A DNA stretch of 64,000 bases, from NCBI RefSeq assembly GCF_002105155.1, contig NW_019028982.1:124001-188000 (forward strand), in the 5' to 3' direction. Source of the DNA: Lobosporangium transversale. Lineage: Eukaryota. The notes beneath the pieces are model-generated. The model saw only the letters and a list, made by a program, of their open reading frames with translations, was not told where the DNA came from and did no database searches. Of this stretch, positions 1 to 17,200 are shown piece by piece (position 1 is the stretch's first letter; every line of letters begins with the position of its first letter). The position numbers and the translations under genes are program-made.

Positions 1-1514
1 TTCGGTTCTCAAAGCTGGTCCTCAAAAAGAGCACAGGTGTTGGTGTAGGCTTGCATGCTGCGGAAGTCCAGTCCACGGCGGAAAGCCAAGACATTTCTAC
101 TGCTTCAACAACAATAATGGATACTTCAACAGCGTCAATACTGAACCTCCGGCAGCTCAAAGTGTTTGCAATATCGCATGGTACATTTCAATTAAATGAC
201 TTACTGATTAACGCACCCGAACTATATGCTCTCAGCATCTCATTCAGTCAAGCCAATTATTCTCAATCCACTGTCTCCAGTACCTACTTTCCTATATCTC
301 CATCGTCTTTCACCCCTTCCTTTGGCTCCTATGGTCATCAACAGCAGCATCCTTATCAACACCACTCGCAACTCCCTCCTTCTTATCCACCTAGAGTCAA
401 CTGGGATGCTCCAAAATTGAGAATGTTAATCTGCAACCGGACAGAAGCAAATGTAGCAACATCAACGCTCTTGAACACCCCTCAACATCTCCGGACTATT
501 TCTTTCGCCAATTATGAGATTGAATCCAAATTGGTCTCACAGATCGTGGCTGCGCAAGGCCTACAATTGGAGAGTATTCGCCTAGCGTGCTTTTCCGGAA
601 TTACAGGCCGAGATATTCGATTGATTTTGACGCGATGCCCTAACCTGGTCAGCCTTTATGCACCTGAGATCATGATGTATGCAGGCGACCTTGCACCTGC
701 GACTATTGAAAAACCGACTTTATCAACCTCAATATCGTCACTACCATTATCCTATTCAAAAAGTACAACTACAGGCGTCGGAAATATTGAAGACTGGGCT
801 TGTCAAAAACTAGAGCGGCTTTCTGTTTATATTTGTTTAGAACCAAATATGGGTGATGACGGACAATACGATGATCCTTATCAGTTCTGTATTGGTCATA
901 AGGAGGACACACCATGCTCTTCCGCACAGGCATTTTCATCTTATGACGCTGCAGACAATTTCAACATCAAGGAAATGGATAAAGGGATAGCGCAGCAGCA
1001 AAAACATCCGCATCATCCACAAGAGCCACGACACCCACTGGTATATAGGCAGAAAGCGTACCGGACATCATCAACAGCAAACAAGCTATCCTATCAGTAT
1101 TGCCATTGCCGCCAAAATTATAACGTTGATGTACGGAATGCGTTCTTGGATCAGCTCTCAAAACTAACTCGACTCCAATATTTAGATTTGAGTGGTGAAC
1201 ATGTTGAGCAGGTAGACCATGTCCAAATCGGTCTTCCTTGGACTTTAGACGGCGGTATGGAAGGTCGGCTGGAAACGCTTCAAAATTTGGAGCATATTGC
1301 CGTAACGGGATGGGTTGAAGATATGGAAATCCGCGAGATTGCATGGATGAAACGATCATGGGCCAAATTGAGAAAAATTTCGTTACTCCAGGCTAATGGT
1401 ACCATGGATAAGGGTCGGTTCAAAGCCCTGTTAGCACGAGAGTGGCCTGAACTTGTTGTGCAGGATAAAAATCGGATGAATATACAGCATCCTCCGCTTT
1501 TGATATATCAATAA
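1..1514 (+). CDS. F-box/LRR (RNI-like) family protein, Mortierellaceae-expanded type; 5' end truncated by the window
   Basis: The frame is open from the window start. It has LRR-like units (ILTRCPNLVSL) and the family C-terminal motifs WACQKLERLSV, FLDQLSKLTRLQYLDLSG, LPWTLDGG and WMKRSWAKL, which are shared with the other F-box ORFs here. The F-box itself would lie upstream of the window. Confidence 0.7.
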   Translation, partial: RFSKLVLKKSTGVGVGLHAAEVQSTAESQDISTASTTIMDTSTASILNLRQLKVFAISHGTFQLNDLLINAPELYALSISFSQANYSQSTVSSTYFPISPSSFTPSFGSYGHQQQHPYQHHSQLPPSYPPRVNWDAPKLRMLICNRTEANVATSTLLNTPQHLRTISFANYEIESKLVSQIVAAQGLQLESIRLACFSGITGRDIRLILTRCPNLVSLYAPEIMMYAGDLAPATIEKPTLSTSISSLPLSYSKSTTTGVGNIEDWACQKLERLSVYICLEPNMGDDGQYDDPYQFCIGHKEDTPCSSAQAFSSYDAADNFNIKEMDKGIAQQQKHPHHPQEPRHPLVYRQKAYRTSSTANKLSYQYCHCRQNYNVDVRNAFLDQLSKLTRLQYLDLSGEHVEQVDHVQIGLPWTLDGGMEGRLETLQNLEHIAVTGWVEDMEIREIAWMKRSWAKLRKISLLQANGTMDKGRFKALLAREWPELVVQDKNRMNIQHPPLLIYQ

Positions 1515-1735
1515 ATAACAATGGTAATAATAAGGACACCAGTCTTATAGAACTAGCATTGTAGACTTCCCAGAGCCTGTAAATTTGCTTTTTGTCCCGT
1601 AACTTTTAAATAGCAACCACAAAAAAGAAGCGGGCATGGATCCTGAAACGAAGTTAATAATGCCATTAAACGCTGTCATTTCTAATGGCAATTCAGTAGC
1701 ATAGTAGTTGATTGTTATTATTATCTTGGGATCAA

Positions 1736-3886
<2,151 letters not shown>

Positions 3887-4049
3887 TTATGGCTGACAAT
3901 ATAAAATACAAAAAAAAAGGATTGATGTGATGGACTTTTACAATGAGAACGGCCCCAAGAGTTACAATCAAGCAGACATGCAAGACTTATTGCAATTATT
4001 ATTATTTCTTTGTGTCGTGACTATCTTTTGATTTGGTGCTTGGTGCTCT

Positions 4050-4121
4050 ACCATAATATCGACAGGTAGTCTTAGTATTTAACCTAGGACTGTAATGATA
4101 TTAACCATAATATCGACAGGT
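4050..4121. repeat. 18-bp direct repeat pair (ACCATAATATCGACAGGT) separated by 36 bp
   Basis: Exact copies at 4050-4067 and 4104-4121. Confidence 0.9.
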
Positions 4122-5074
4122 TCAATTGATGTGCAGCATAAATTACTTGACAGTGCTCTGTTCGATAACATTAACAGAATTATGTATCGATAAAGAAACT
4201 GGTATATCGGCCCACCAACAAATTAGTTGATCACGTCAAATTGAACCAAATGTTATGCCCATCACCGCTAGCGCTCGAGTCTTTCTCTCGTTGCCACCTT
4301 TGCCGCCTTTGCTTGTGCCACGGTCTCAATTCCGATGTATGTAGAGCACTCTTAACACTAGAGTACCGTAATCGACGTAATGGCCTCGAAGTATCAAAGC
4401 AGTTGATGCTCTGAGGAAATAGGCTGATGTATTTACTAATAAATCTTAAGATCCAAACGAAAGGCTTGACTATGACGAATAAATTCGAATTGCAATTAGA
4501 GAAATGAGAGGTTGATTATAAAAAAGTGAGAGGAGTTTATATGCTTCCATGCTTACTGGAGAGACATCTCTTCAACAGCCAGTAGCCAAGTCATAGGAAA
4601 GCGTATTTTCTTTTGGCGTATGGATATGTCCGAGCGCCTCCTAACCCTCCCAAATGAGGAAAGCCCTATAACCCATGATTAAAGGGTACTGCATCTGTCA
4701 AACTTTGACTATCTACATCGCCAAGCATATTTTGACCTATACCGCAAGCAAAAGGTGTGCGGGAAATCTATTCAATTTGTTGCATTTTTTATTGCAATGT
4801 AAGATTGAGAGGATTAAGGGACCAGCATCTCATGAGTGAATATATGGATGGAGTCCAGATATACTATATTGGATATGATGCGATACGGAACGATAGGATA
4901 CATGGGAGGTTAGATTAGACAGCAAATAAGTGGTTATGGACAGTTATAAAATATACATTGATAGAAAATATGACGATAGCTCATGAACTTGGAGGACATA
5001 GTGAGTAAGAGTGGTTCCTCTAATATCTTTTCAGCGGACCTTGCATTGTTTTTGAGGTTAACTTTTTTTTTTTT

Positions 5075-6391
5075 TTAGTTCTTCTCCTCCGTTACTTCTC
5101 GCTCAGGGGCCTCTTCACCTAAGGCAATACGGTCCTGAGTCTCCTGGCTCTGACGCAAATCGACGGGCTTCAACATGGCAGCAAAGAAAAGGGCAATGAC
5201 TGCAGTACAGCAGGCGAGAATTGACATTAACTTCTGAGCGTCGCCATAAGCCTCGATCAATTGACCTTTCGTGACGGGCTCCAGGTTGCGGATATATTTG
5301 AGAGGGTCGTTCATAGCTAGGCGCTCATCATAGGGGCCGGTGATATGATGTTCCAGACGACCGGGCAGGTACTGTGTCCAGACACCACCGGCCAAGGCAT
5401 TACCCAGCGCAGAGCCAAAGGCGATCAAGATCTGTGTGGCACCAACGACAGTCGCGATATCGTTCTTATGGACAACGCCTGTGACAATAACTGTACCGGC
5501 AATGTGGGCCATGCCACCGCCAGCGCCCGCAATCGTCTGAGAGATGACGACGAAAAAATCTGAGGCCGTTGGAGAACGTGCGGGGATGATGAGGCCGACA
5601 CCAATGAGGTATACAATGATGCCAACCCAGGCGAGTGGACGAGTGACGTTGTAACGCTTCATCAAATAGCCAGCCAACAGCTGGAAAACCATCCATGCCA
5701 TTTGGAAACCGCGTTCAAGCATGAATGCTTGACCATAGGTGATATCACGGGAGACAACCAGATACAAAGTTAGGTACATATAGGTAATGTAACCCAAGAT
5801 CTTCAGCAAAAAGACGATCATAAGACCGCCGAGCGCAGTGCGATTGGTCCAGATCTTCATGGACATAATAGGTCTATTGGTGAACTTGGCTTCCCAGACG
5901 GCTAGTAGGACGAAGGAGATAATACCAGAGAAGAACATGGCCAAAATCTTGCCGTTTCTCCAGTTGCCCTCATAAGACTTCGCCAAGATCAAAGGGAGCA
6001 AAGTCAAGCTCAAACCAAGAGTGATCAAAACTGCGCCTACAGCATCAAATTCGTGCAACAGCCACTTAATAGTCTTACGCTCCTGCTTAGCAGGCCTCCG
6101 ACGCGAAGATCTGGTCTGAACATACCAAAGAGGCGACAACAACGAGATCGCTCCGACAACGCAGAAGCAAGCCATAAGTATGTAGCCGAGACGCCACTTG
6201 TCTTCACGTCCACCAATTGTTAATGGATCAATCAGTACTTGAGCTACCCAGATGTTAATAACGGAGCCGATGTCCCAGAGAGCAAACATAAGGCCACGAT
6301 CGATCAAAAGAGTTGTATCTAGTATTTAAAAAAATCAATACAAGTACAAGTTAGTTAGCCTTTTTGCTTCACGGTAATTGCAAAGAACGAG

Positions 6392-6426
<35 letters not shown>

Positions 6427-7020
6427 CATACCAGCAATCAAGACTTGAGTCAGTGTCTGGATACCAGTAAGCCCCATGCCGTAAAAGATTTGACCAATCG
6501 AAAACTGAACAAATGTATTAGCAGTGCCCTCAACAATCAGTCCGACAAGATAGGCAATAATAGCATAGGTCATCGATCCAGCACGACCAAACACGTCTGA
6601 GACTTTGGTATAAAAAGGAACTAAAGCGGCTGCAAGAATCTGAAGGATCGTGGGCAAAACACTGGCAATAGAGGTGGACTTGAAGTATGCAGTAACAGGG
6701 CCTATAATACCCTGAATGACACAGAGCTCGAATGAGAAGGTAAATGCCTGGATGAGGATGCTAATAATACATTTAAAGGAAAGTCGTCAAGATAAATGAG
6801 ATTTAGTTGGTTTGGTCCTTGCAAAGGCCATACATTTTTCTTTGTAAGAAACAGAGCTGGATGAATGGATGAAGTACCCTGCCCAGAGCCAACGGAATTC
6901 TTTGGCAGTCATGTTATCGCGATCCAGGATGTTCGAGTATGTAGTCGTCTTGGTATTCTCCTCATGACTATCTTGGACGTCAACAGCGACGTTGCCTTCT
7001 TTAGTAGTGGTGTTCTCCAT
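5075..7020 (-). CDS. MFS siderophore-iron transporter (SIT/ARN/MirB-like, 14-TM); 3 exons
   Basis: ATG at 7020 and two GT-AG introns. Motif A KVSDVFGR, SIT-typical QVLIA|DTTLLIDRG, DAVG..L...GLSLTLLPLIL, GSALGNALAGGVWTQ and AYGDAQK. Confidence 0.82.
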
Positions 7021-7456
7021 GATTGCTGAACTCTCTTGCAACGACTATAAATGAATGGTTCAATAAGAGAGACAAGCAGAGATTGTGTGGTGGTGCTCTT
7101 GCGCAGGCAGTGTGCCGGGTATGGAACAAGAACGGCAGGGGGAGCAGGAAAAAAAGGAGGAAGAGAGAGATTCAATGAGACTCTGGTGAGTAAAGAGTGT
7201 TTGGGCGAGGGCTTTTTATATTTTTATGAGAGGCGCAAAGGAGAGTGAAGAAGGTTGAGTGTAACCCCCAATGCAATGCATTGTGATCCAATATGAGTCC
7301 GAACCGGCGGACGGATTAGAGCAAATCTCATTTGTTCATTGAAAAAGGAAAGAAGGAAAGAATAGGAAAGGATTGTGTGAGAACGAGTGAGTGTTTATGC
7401 TTCTAATATTTAACGTTTTGCGCTAGCGGCGCTCTTCATTTTGACGAAACAGAAAC

Positions 7457-7589
7457 TTATCTGATGCAAAAAAAATGCTCCTCTGACAATCTAGTTAAAC
7501 TTTTAGACAAAACATGCTCAGAAATGTCTGCTACATGTAGACCAAGCTAATACCCTTTAACTTGTACTTTTTGAATATGGTTATCTGAT
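7457..7589 (-). promoter_or_regulatory. Two exact ATCWGATAA (SreA/Fep1-type GATA) boxes upstream of the siderophore transporter
   Basis: TTATCTGAT on + at 7457-7465 and 7581-7589 (ATCAGATAA on -). A near match ATCTGATAG lies at 7911-7919. Confidence 0.6.
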
Positions 7590-8293
7590 TTCAACAAGCA
7601 TTCATTAAAAAGAGATGAGATGGAGCTTGGTTCGCCTACTTGTCGTCAGGCGATCATCGGAGTTTTTTTGTCCCTTTCACTGAGAGTTTCTTCCTCTCAG
7701 AGCATGCGCGTCGGACATGAATGTTCAAAAGTTACATGTGTGTATAAACAAAGATCACAGAAAGCATGGAAAGCATGGAAAAGAAGAAAGACTTGCAAAC
7801 AATGACCGCCGCTGACTGTCAAAAAAAAAAAGTGAGGTCTAGACTCTGTACCACAATACTACAAGCAAGCATCAGTCAAAGCTCGAATTGACTGGGAGCT
7901 GAACGCCTGGATCTGATAGCTACTGTTCTCATCGAAATATTCGAAATGGGCTCGGATCATATAATTATATATACACACTAACTGAATTCAATGGAAATGA
8001 GGTCCATATTGGTTATAACACCACCATTGCATTCAGCTTTAGCACTATCACAATTATTGTCAGTCATTAAACTGCGGCATCATTAGTTATCAAGGCTAAT
8101 AAAGGATCCTAACCTTTAAATGCTGTTCTAGGAACGCTCCAGTGTTGTAAAAAAGAAACATTGTATGCTTCGCTTGTAGAATGATTTTAATGTCTATGTA
8201 CGAAGAATCGGGAAAAAAAATGTAGATCCAATTCAACAAACTGATCCTTGAAAAGAAGTTTTGTTTATGATCCTCATGCATGCATACTACATG

Positions 8294-8328
<35 letters not shown>

Positions 8329-8699
8329 TCTTTATGGAAATCTCTCTCCGGGAGCTGGCTTATTTGACCGCGACACGATTTTTTTTTAGCCTGTGGACAA
8401 ATTAACTACATGTACATGTAGGTCTTTTTTTTTTTTTTTTTTTTTTTTTTTTGAAAAAAAGAACTCTCAAGGTTTTGGTTGGCAAGCTAATTGACTGCTT
8501 AGGCTTATTTAATTGAAGTTATTCAAAATATACTGTATCTGGTATTGCGAACAAACAAAACGGACTTCTATAACCCGATGATTCATCACGATTATCCTAA
8601 ATACTCCAAATAACCTTACTGCCCCATTGCCCAGGATCCCCTACCCCAATAATCTTAAATAAGATGTCCAGAGCGCTGAAAATAGGTTACTGGTGCACG

Positions 8700-8825
8700 T
8701 CAATGTGCAATCCTTCCAGGGCCAAGGCCAAAGGTCTTCATACACGGGTCACATGTAGCTTATAATCCAGTATCAAAGGACATTTCGGTGGCACTGGTTT
8801 CGCTGGTAAAATTTGCACCGCTATA

Positions 8826-8860
<35 letters not shown>

Positions 8861-9600
8861 GTCCAGTGCACCACTTCTCACCGTTGGTGATTGCCAGTAT
8901 GGCGTACCATCCGCATACCAGTGTATTCGGCAAAAGTTTATACCAGGATATCCCAAGCTATCGCAAGTGCACTATCTAATACGTGATTGTGGCCACCAAT
9001 GAAAGCCTAGAGCACTTGAGTATTGTACTAAACAATACATTGACTCGGTCTTCTTCGACTTTTGCCGGTGCGAGCAGAGCCCTTTATAATTGCATACCTT
9101 CACAAAGGCATTTGTCCCAAGACAGCTGACATTTATCGAGAAGTTAGTGGATACTTACATCCGGAGTATTTTCTACTATGCGATTGTGATAGAATAGTTT
9201 CTAAAGGCATGGTATAGGGAGATGATATTACTGAAGAAAGAGAGCTGGATGGGTTGCATTATACAGCTATGCAAGCTTTCTAGGTGCTAAATTGGTCCGC
9301 CTCTTCGACCAACAGCAGTAATGTAGTCCGTCATGAGCTTTGGTAGAATGCCTCGTTAATGTCACAAAAGGATCTAACAATGATAAAGTTGATGGAAAGT
9401 ATGCTATCAAATGCATTCCCTCTCGAGCTTCTATGCCTCATATACCGAGGATATCCTTCATCAACGCCGAGGCTCTTCTACAGTCAGGGGTCGTATACTC
9501 TTCTCAAAGGTACTGAACAGCTTGATTTTGATTTGTACGGTCCTCCTCCTTCTGTCTGGATTCACATAGTCGACAATTGAGAGATTAATGCTCTCAAACG
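8700..9600 (+). pseudogene. Possible heavily eroded F-box/LRR paralog
   Basis: Stop- and frameshift-riddled fragments (TNESLEHLSI, SFINAEALL, TEQLDFDLYGP..W) resemble, in the same order, segments of the 31689-33383 ORF (HNINIKELWL, ALIEATEL, LEILETCIYGP..W). Boundaries are approximate. Confidence 0.3.
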
Positions 9601-10446
9601 CGAAGATGCGGTCTACTTTCCATGTAGTGACAATTTTTTGGTAGGATTTAGCATACAAGTTTCTATCTTATTTGCTACTAATGTTCCGTACTCACTCAAG
9701 GCATTTTGTACAATAATTCTAGAGAATAAGTTAAACCCTTAATATCACTATAGCATGCAAACATGTATTTCTACAACAGCTTCACGTTCTGAACAGAAAA
9801 ATCACTCTCAGTAGTATATGTTCATTAGGATAGTGGTGTTTGTAACTGTATCAGTGGTCCGTGCGAATGATTCATATACTTTATTAAAGTCAATTGTTTC
9901 CTTTGCATATCTTTCCAGGAAGCTGCAGTAGAAAAGAACGTAGTCCTTATTTCTATGGCCAACTGTGCACATATTTACAATGCTATGCCATACAAGCTGG
10001 CCAATCCGAAACTTGAGTCAAGCTTGGGCCCGAGATGACAGCGTCTGATAGACTGTGAGTTGAGATCTTCTCCAAACCTTGAGATGAAGGGTGTTGCAGC
10101 TTTACCGAGGTGAAACCTCACAAGGTTATGTAGATGGTTCTGCGGGGATCAAGCTTCTGAGTCCTTCACAGGACTCGGATATTTGGAGCACAAGATCGGC
10201 ACGACCTGCCCCTGAAGATTACTAGTAAGAAGACCAAAGATATCAGAAAAGAAGCAGTCAAGCTGGTACGCAAAGGGACTTGTACAGTTAGAAAATTACA
10301 TATAGGATATACATGGCCCCGACCTTCGGACAAAACGATTAAACCGCTGCGATATTCGGCTCTGTTAGCTTAAGATCTTGGCGAAAAATGCCCTCTGAGC
10401 TTGATGGGTCTAAAAAGAGAGACAATACGGAAGTAAAAAGAAGCCT

Positions 10447-10483
<37 letters not shown>

Positions 10484-11133
10484 CATCTCGATCTTTTTAT
10501 TGTTTTTTTAACCAGGGCGTTCAAATACAAGAAAAAAAAGGGTCAATACTGAGAGATGGCATTCCTACAGGTGAATTGCGCCGTCAGTGCTTGAAGACCA
10601 TAAGGACGGCCCATCAGTTATGGCATGGAGGCAGCTGTAAGCTAAGGAGGAGTTTGAAGCGATGACAATCGAGAATATGGCGTACACCAGTAGAAATATA
10701 CAAAAAGAGAATCGTCTAGGAGATTTTCTTTTGGTAGTGCACAGTAGACACCGAGTCTATATATTAAGCCTTTTCTCCTTTGTCCTAGTCATAGAACCAA
10801 AGAAAGAGCAGTTTAGATTCAGGGTGCTCTTCATAGCGCCCCTTCCTTTTTTGCCTTTTGGGGTTTATCATCTGTGGAGGGTCAGAGCCAGTTTTAACTT
10901 TAGAGTTCCTGTAATGCAGCGAGAGAGAGCGCGGACGCTATTTTGGTATAAATTACTAAAAACCTCCAAATCTGTAAAACAAAATGCGACACACTTTTTT
11001 TTTTTTTTTTTTTTTTTTTTTTCTTTCTTTCTTTTCATGAGACTTCTTCCTTCTTTCCTCTCCACATCTGTCCTTTTCATCAATCTTCATCTCTCATCTT
11101 CACCAATTAGTCTTCTTTCATCTTTTTCTTATC

Positions 11134-14038
<2,905 letters not shown>

Positions 14039-14250
14039 GCAGAATATAGCTAATTGGTTTTTGTAAATAGCTTTAGACACAATACTGCGCTGTTTGCTAA
14101 AAAAAAAAATTTATTGATAAACACGTCTTACAAAGTCCTGAATGATTTGATCTCGCAAAGCAATGATTTCCTTTGTCACACCTTCTGTTCCATGTATTTC
14201 TTTGCATTCACATGCGACAACTGAATTCAAAATAATCAGGCATAATAGCA

Positions 14251-17200
14251 ATGGAGCATGACGTGTCTGCAGAGACAATTGCTACTTTTAGCGCGGTAAG
14301 CAACAAGGACCTAGAAAATTGATCAAAAGTCTTCTCTTAATATGAATTGTAAGCTTTCTTCAATGGTCTGATCAGTTAATGTCATTGATTAAACACATGA
14401 ATACCAGCTCCGAGGCCCTGCCTCGTCCCTCATGACTCTTTCTTCGATTGATGCATCGAATGCTCAAGAGGCTACTCAAAATCTCAACATAATCCACACA
14501 GTACTCACTTCCATGGCTGTTCCGGAATTACATTTGACCAAACAACTGATCGCGTACACGCAGCATGCTCTCAATCATGTTCTGCGGCTATGTCAAAAAT
14601 TTATGCAACTCGACAAGCGGTTTGATTTCTTAGTTGAGGCATGGTGTCGATGCCTTGAATTTCTGCTTAAATTGCCAGATGGATATGCTTTTGTCATGGG
14701 TGCCAACTGGCAGTATAGTCAGCTATTGTTTGATGTCCTGTTCAGGGCTGTAGATGGGCTGCCTGTCAGACATGTGAAGGAAAAGGAACAGGGACAGGAA
14801 CAAGGACAACATCAATTCTCATCTGTACGGAGGCATGACCCTACGGCTCTCCCAAAAGATAGGATGGCAGATGAAGTTCGGCTAACTGCACTTCGATGTC
14901 TTGTTTTGGCTTTGCCGCTCAACAAGGATGTGCCCACGGTCTCTAGTGAATCGAGTACTACCCTTGAAGTCGCAGACACCTTATTTGAAGTTGGCGATAG
15001 ACAATATAGAACTGACAAGGATAAAGTGGTTCGGGATCACCTTTTGGAGCCAGCGAACAATTCTACTCTTGGTCAAATGCTAGTTATTCTCCTTACTGTC
15101 TCAAAAGATGCAGATTTGGTTCAACTACGTCGAATGGCATTGGAAGGTATCATGAAGCTTTTGAAATGTTTAGAAACGCCAGAGCGCATCGCAACGTGGT
15201 TTCCAGGATTAGCAGCTGGTCTGACAGAAACTATGTTGAGACGGGGACACAAAGAGAATCATAGCGTATTGGTGAAGTCACTGGACATTTGGACTTATTT
15301 GCTCTCAATTCTCCTTAAAGACCAAGAGAATTCATCAAAATCTCAACTAGTAGAGGCAGTTGCCGGTGGGTCTGGTTTGGGGCAGACATTGATGAGCATG
15401 TATAAGGACAAGGCAAAGTTGAAAGTCGAGATTACAGATCAGAATCATCAGTCGTCAGTAAAGTCTCAATCACCTATGATATATAGATCAGAAGAGTGGA
15501 TGAAAAAGACAAATAAGGGACTCAGGACTTTATTCAAGCAGCTTGCGCCGCTCAGAGCACACTCACATTGGATGGTTCGGTTCAAATTCGGAGAGATGGC
15601 GTTTACTGTCATGAGGAACTGTCAACAAACACTTGCTGCGTGCGAGGGCTTAGGAATAGGAAGCAATGTATCCGGAATTACTTCGTTCTTGTTAGAGACT
15701 TTGATTAGTTGTACACAGGACGAGTACAGGGATGTTTATGAGCCCGCGAGGGTGTATTTAGGTGAACTGAATGAGGAACATGCAAACCCTGAGCTCACGA
15801 GCACAGCCAAAGAGATCCTCCGAGAGAAATTGATGGTTCTACCTCGAATACTGCATGCTATCGACGAATCAAAGAAGCAGAACGCAATTCGACTAGCACA
15901 GGGATTAGCTCTTTTTATTGGCAACCAAACGGAATCGCTAATCAACTACCAGACACTCCCATCGTTCGTCCAACCGTGGCTCAACGCCCTAACTATTGAG
16001 CAGTTGGACCAACATAACATGGATGAGCGAAGGGGAATCCTTGGGAGCGTTGAATCGGCCAATTTAAAACCCAACACTGGAGATAACGATCAGGAACAGG
16101 CTCGTTGGAACGCATGGGTGCAGTCACATAAAGGCTCTGGCCGTAAATTCGGATTTCCCCGAAGAATCCATGTTCATCTAAGAGAGCAGTCAACCGCCAA
16201 TGCCTTCATGGGGCTGTTGCGCCAATTAGGATCGACTGTAGAGATCGACATGTGGACAGAGGAGCTGATTTCCCGCCTCCAACAGGATTGTCGGAGTGTT
16301 CGAGAGAGCTTGGGCTGGTTCGATACTGGAACTGTCTCAAGTGTGCTTATGATGAACCACCTACTCCTCGGAGCTCATGGCATTGGACTCGCGACCTTTG
16401 GAAAGTTAAATATCCATAATCACTTGACCAAGCCTAAAAAGTCCTCGTTACAGCGGAAGCATCAACGACATGTTAGAAGGGCAGCCAGAGGCGTCCTGGA
16501 AGAGTACTTGGCCGCCATGGTTGAGTGCTCACAAATGTCACTTGATGCCAGGGAAAGGCAGGAGGCGAGTGACCGGGTAATGTCCTCAACAGATAAATCA
16601 GTTCGTGCTAGAAAGCTTGCTCTTGCAAAGCTTTTCAGCATGGAAAATGAGGATTACGACATTGATGCACCGGAGGCTCAAATTTATGACTATAATATGG
16701 ACATCATGTTGAAGTGTTTGCTCCTGGAAGGTATCGCCTCCATTGCCGTAGTCTTGGGAGGTACAGAATTTGAGATGGAGCTGGTTCGAGTTCTTTATAT
16801 TTTGTTAGAGCACCTTGGCGATCAGGATTCAACATTAGTAAGAGACACTGCTGAAGCAACGCTGGAGCATGTGGCATTTGTTTGTCACTACGACTCTATT
16901 GGAGACTTAATTCAAGCCAACTATGACTATGTAATTCAGCAAGTATCACAACGGATTGCGTTCTTGAGCTCTAACCCAAAGACACCACAGGTTTTGTGGG
17001 CTCTGATTCGTGTCGTGGGATCGCCTGCTGTTTCCATGCTGGAGGATTCTGTCACAGAAATTTTTGGGGCCTTAGACCACTGGAAGAATCAAGAAGATCA
17101 AGTTGGTGAAGGATTGTTGAAGTCCTTGGGCGAGATCGTGAAGGTTATGGCGCAAGATATGTCTTTTCAAAATACAACATCTGAAGGCGGTACAGCAGGA

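Noticed and set aside
1661..1690. 8-bp inverted repeat TGCCATTA/TAATGGCA between convergent genes
   Set aside because: Short enough to be chance, and intrinsic terminators are not expected in a eukaryote.
4050..4121. CRISPR-like repeat-spacer-repeat geometry
   Set aside because: Only two 18-bp units, a eukaryotic context and no cas genes.
4255..4780. Possible small secreted-protein relic (LVATFAAFACATVSIP followed by GTATGT)
   Set aside because: No in-frame ATG or coherent downstream exons, so it cannot be supported.
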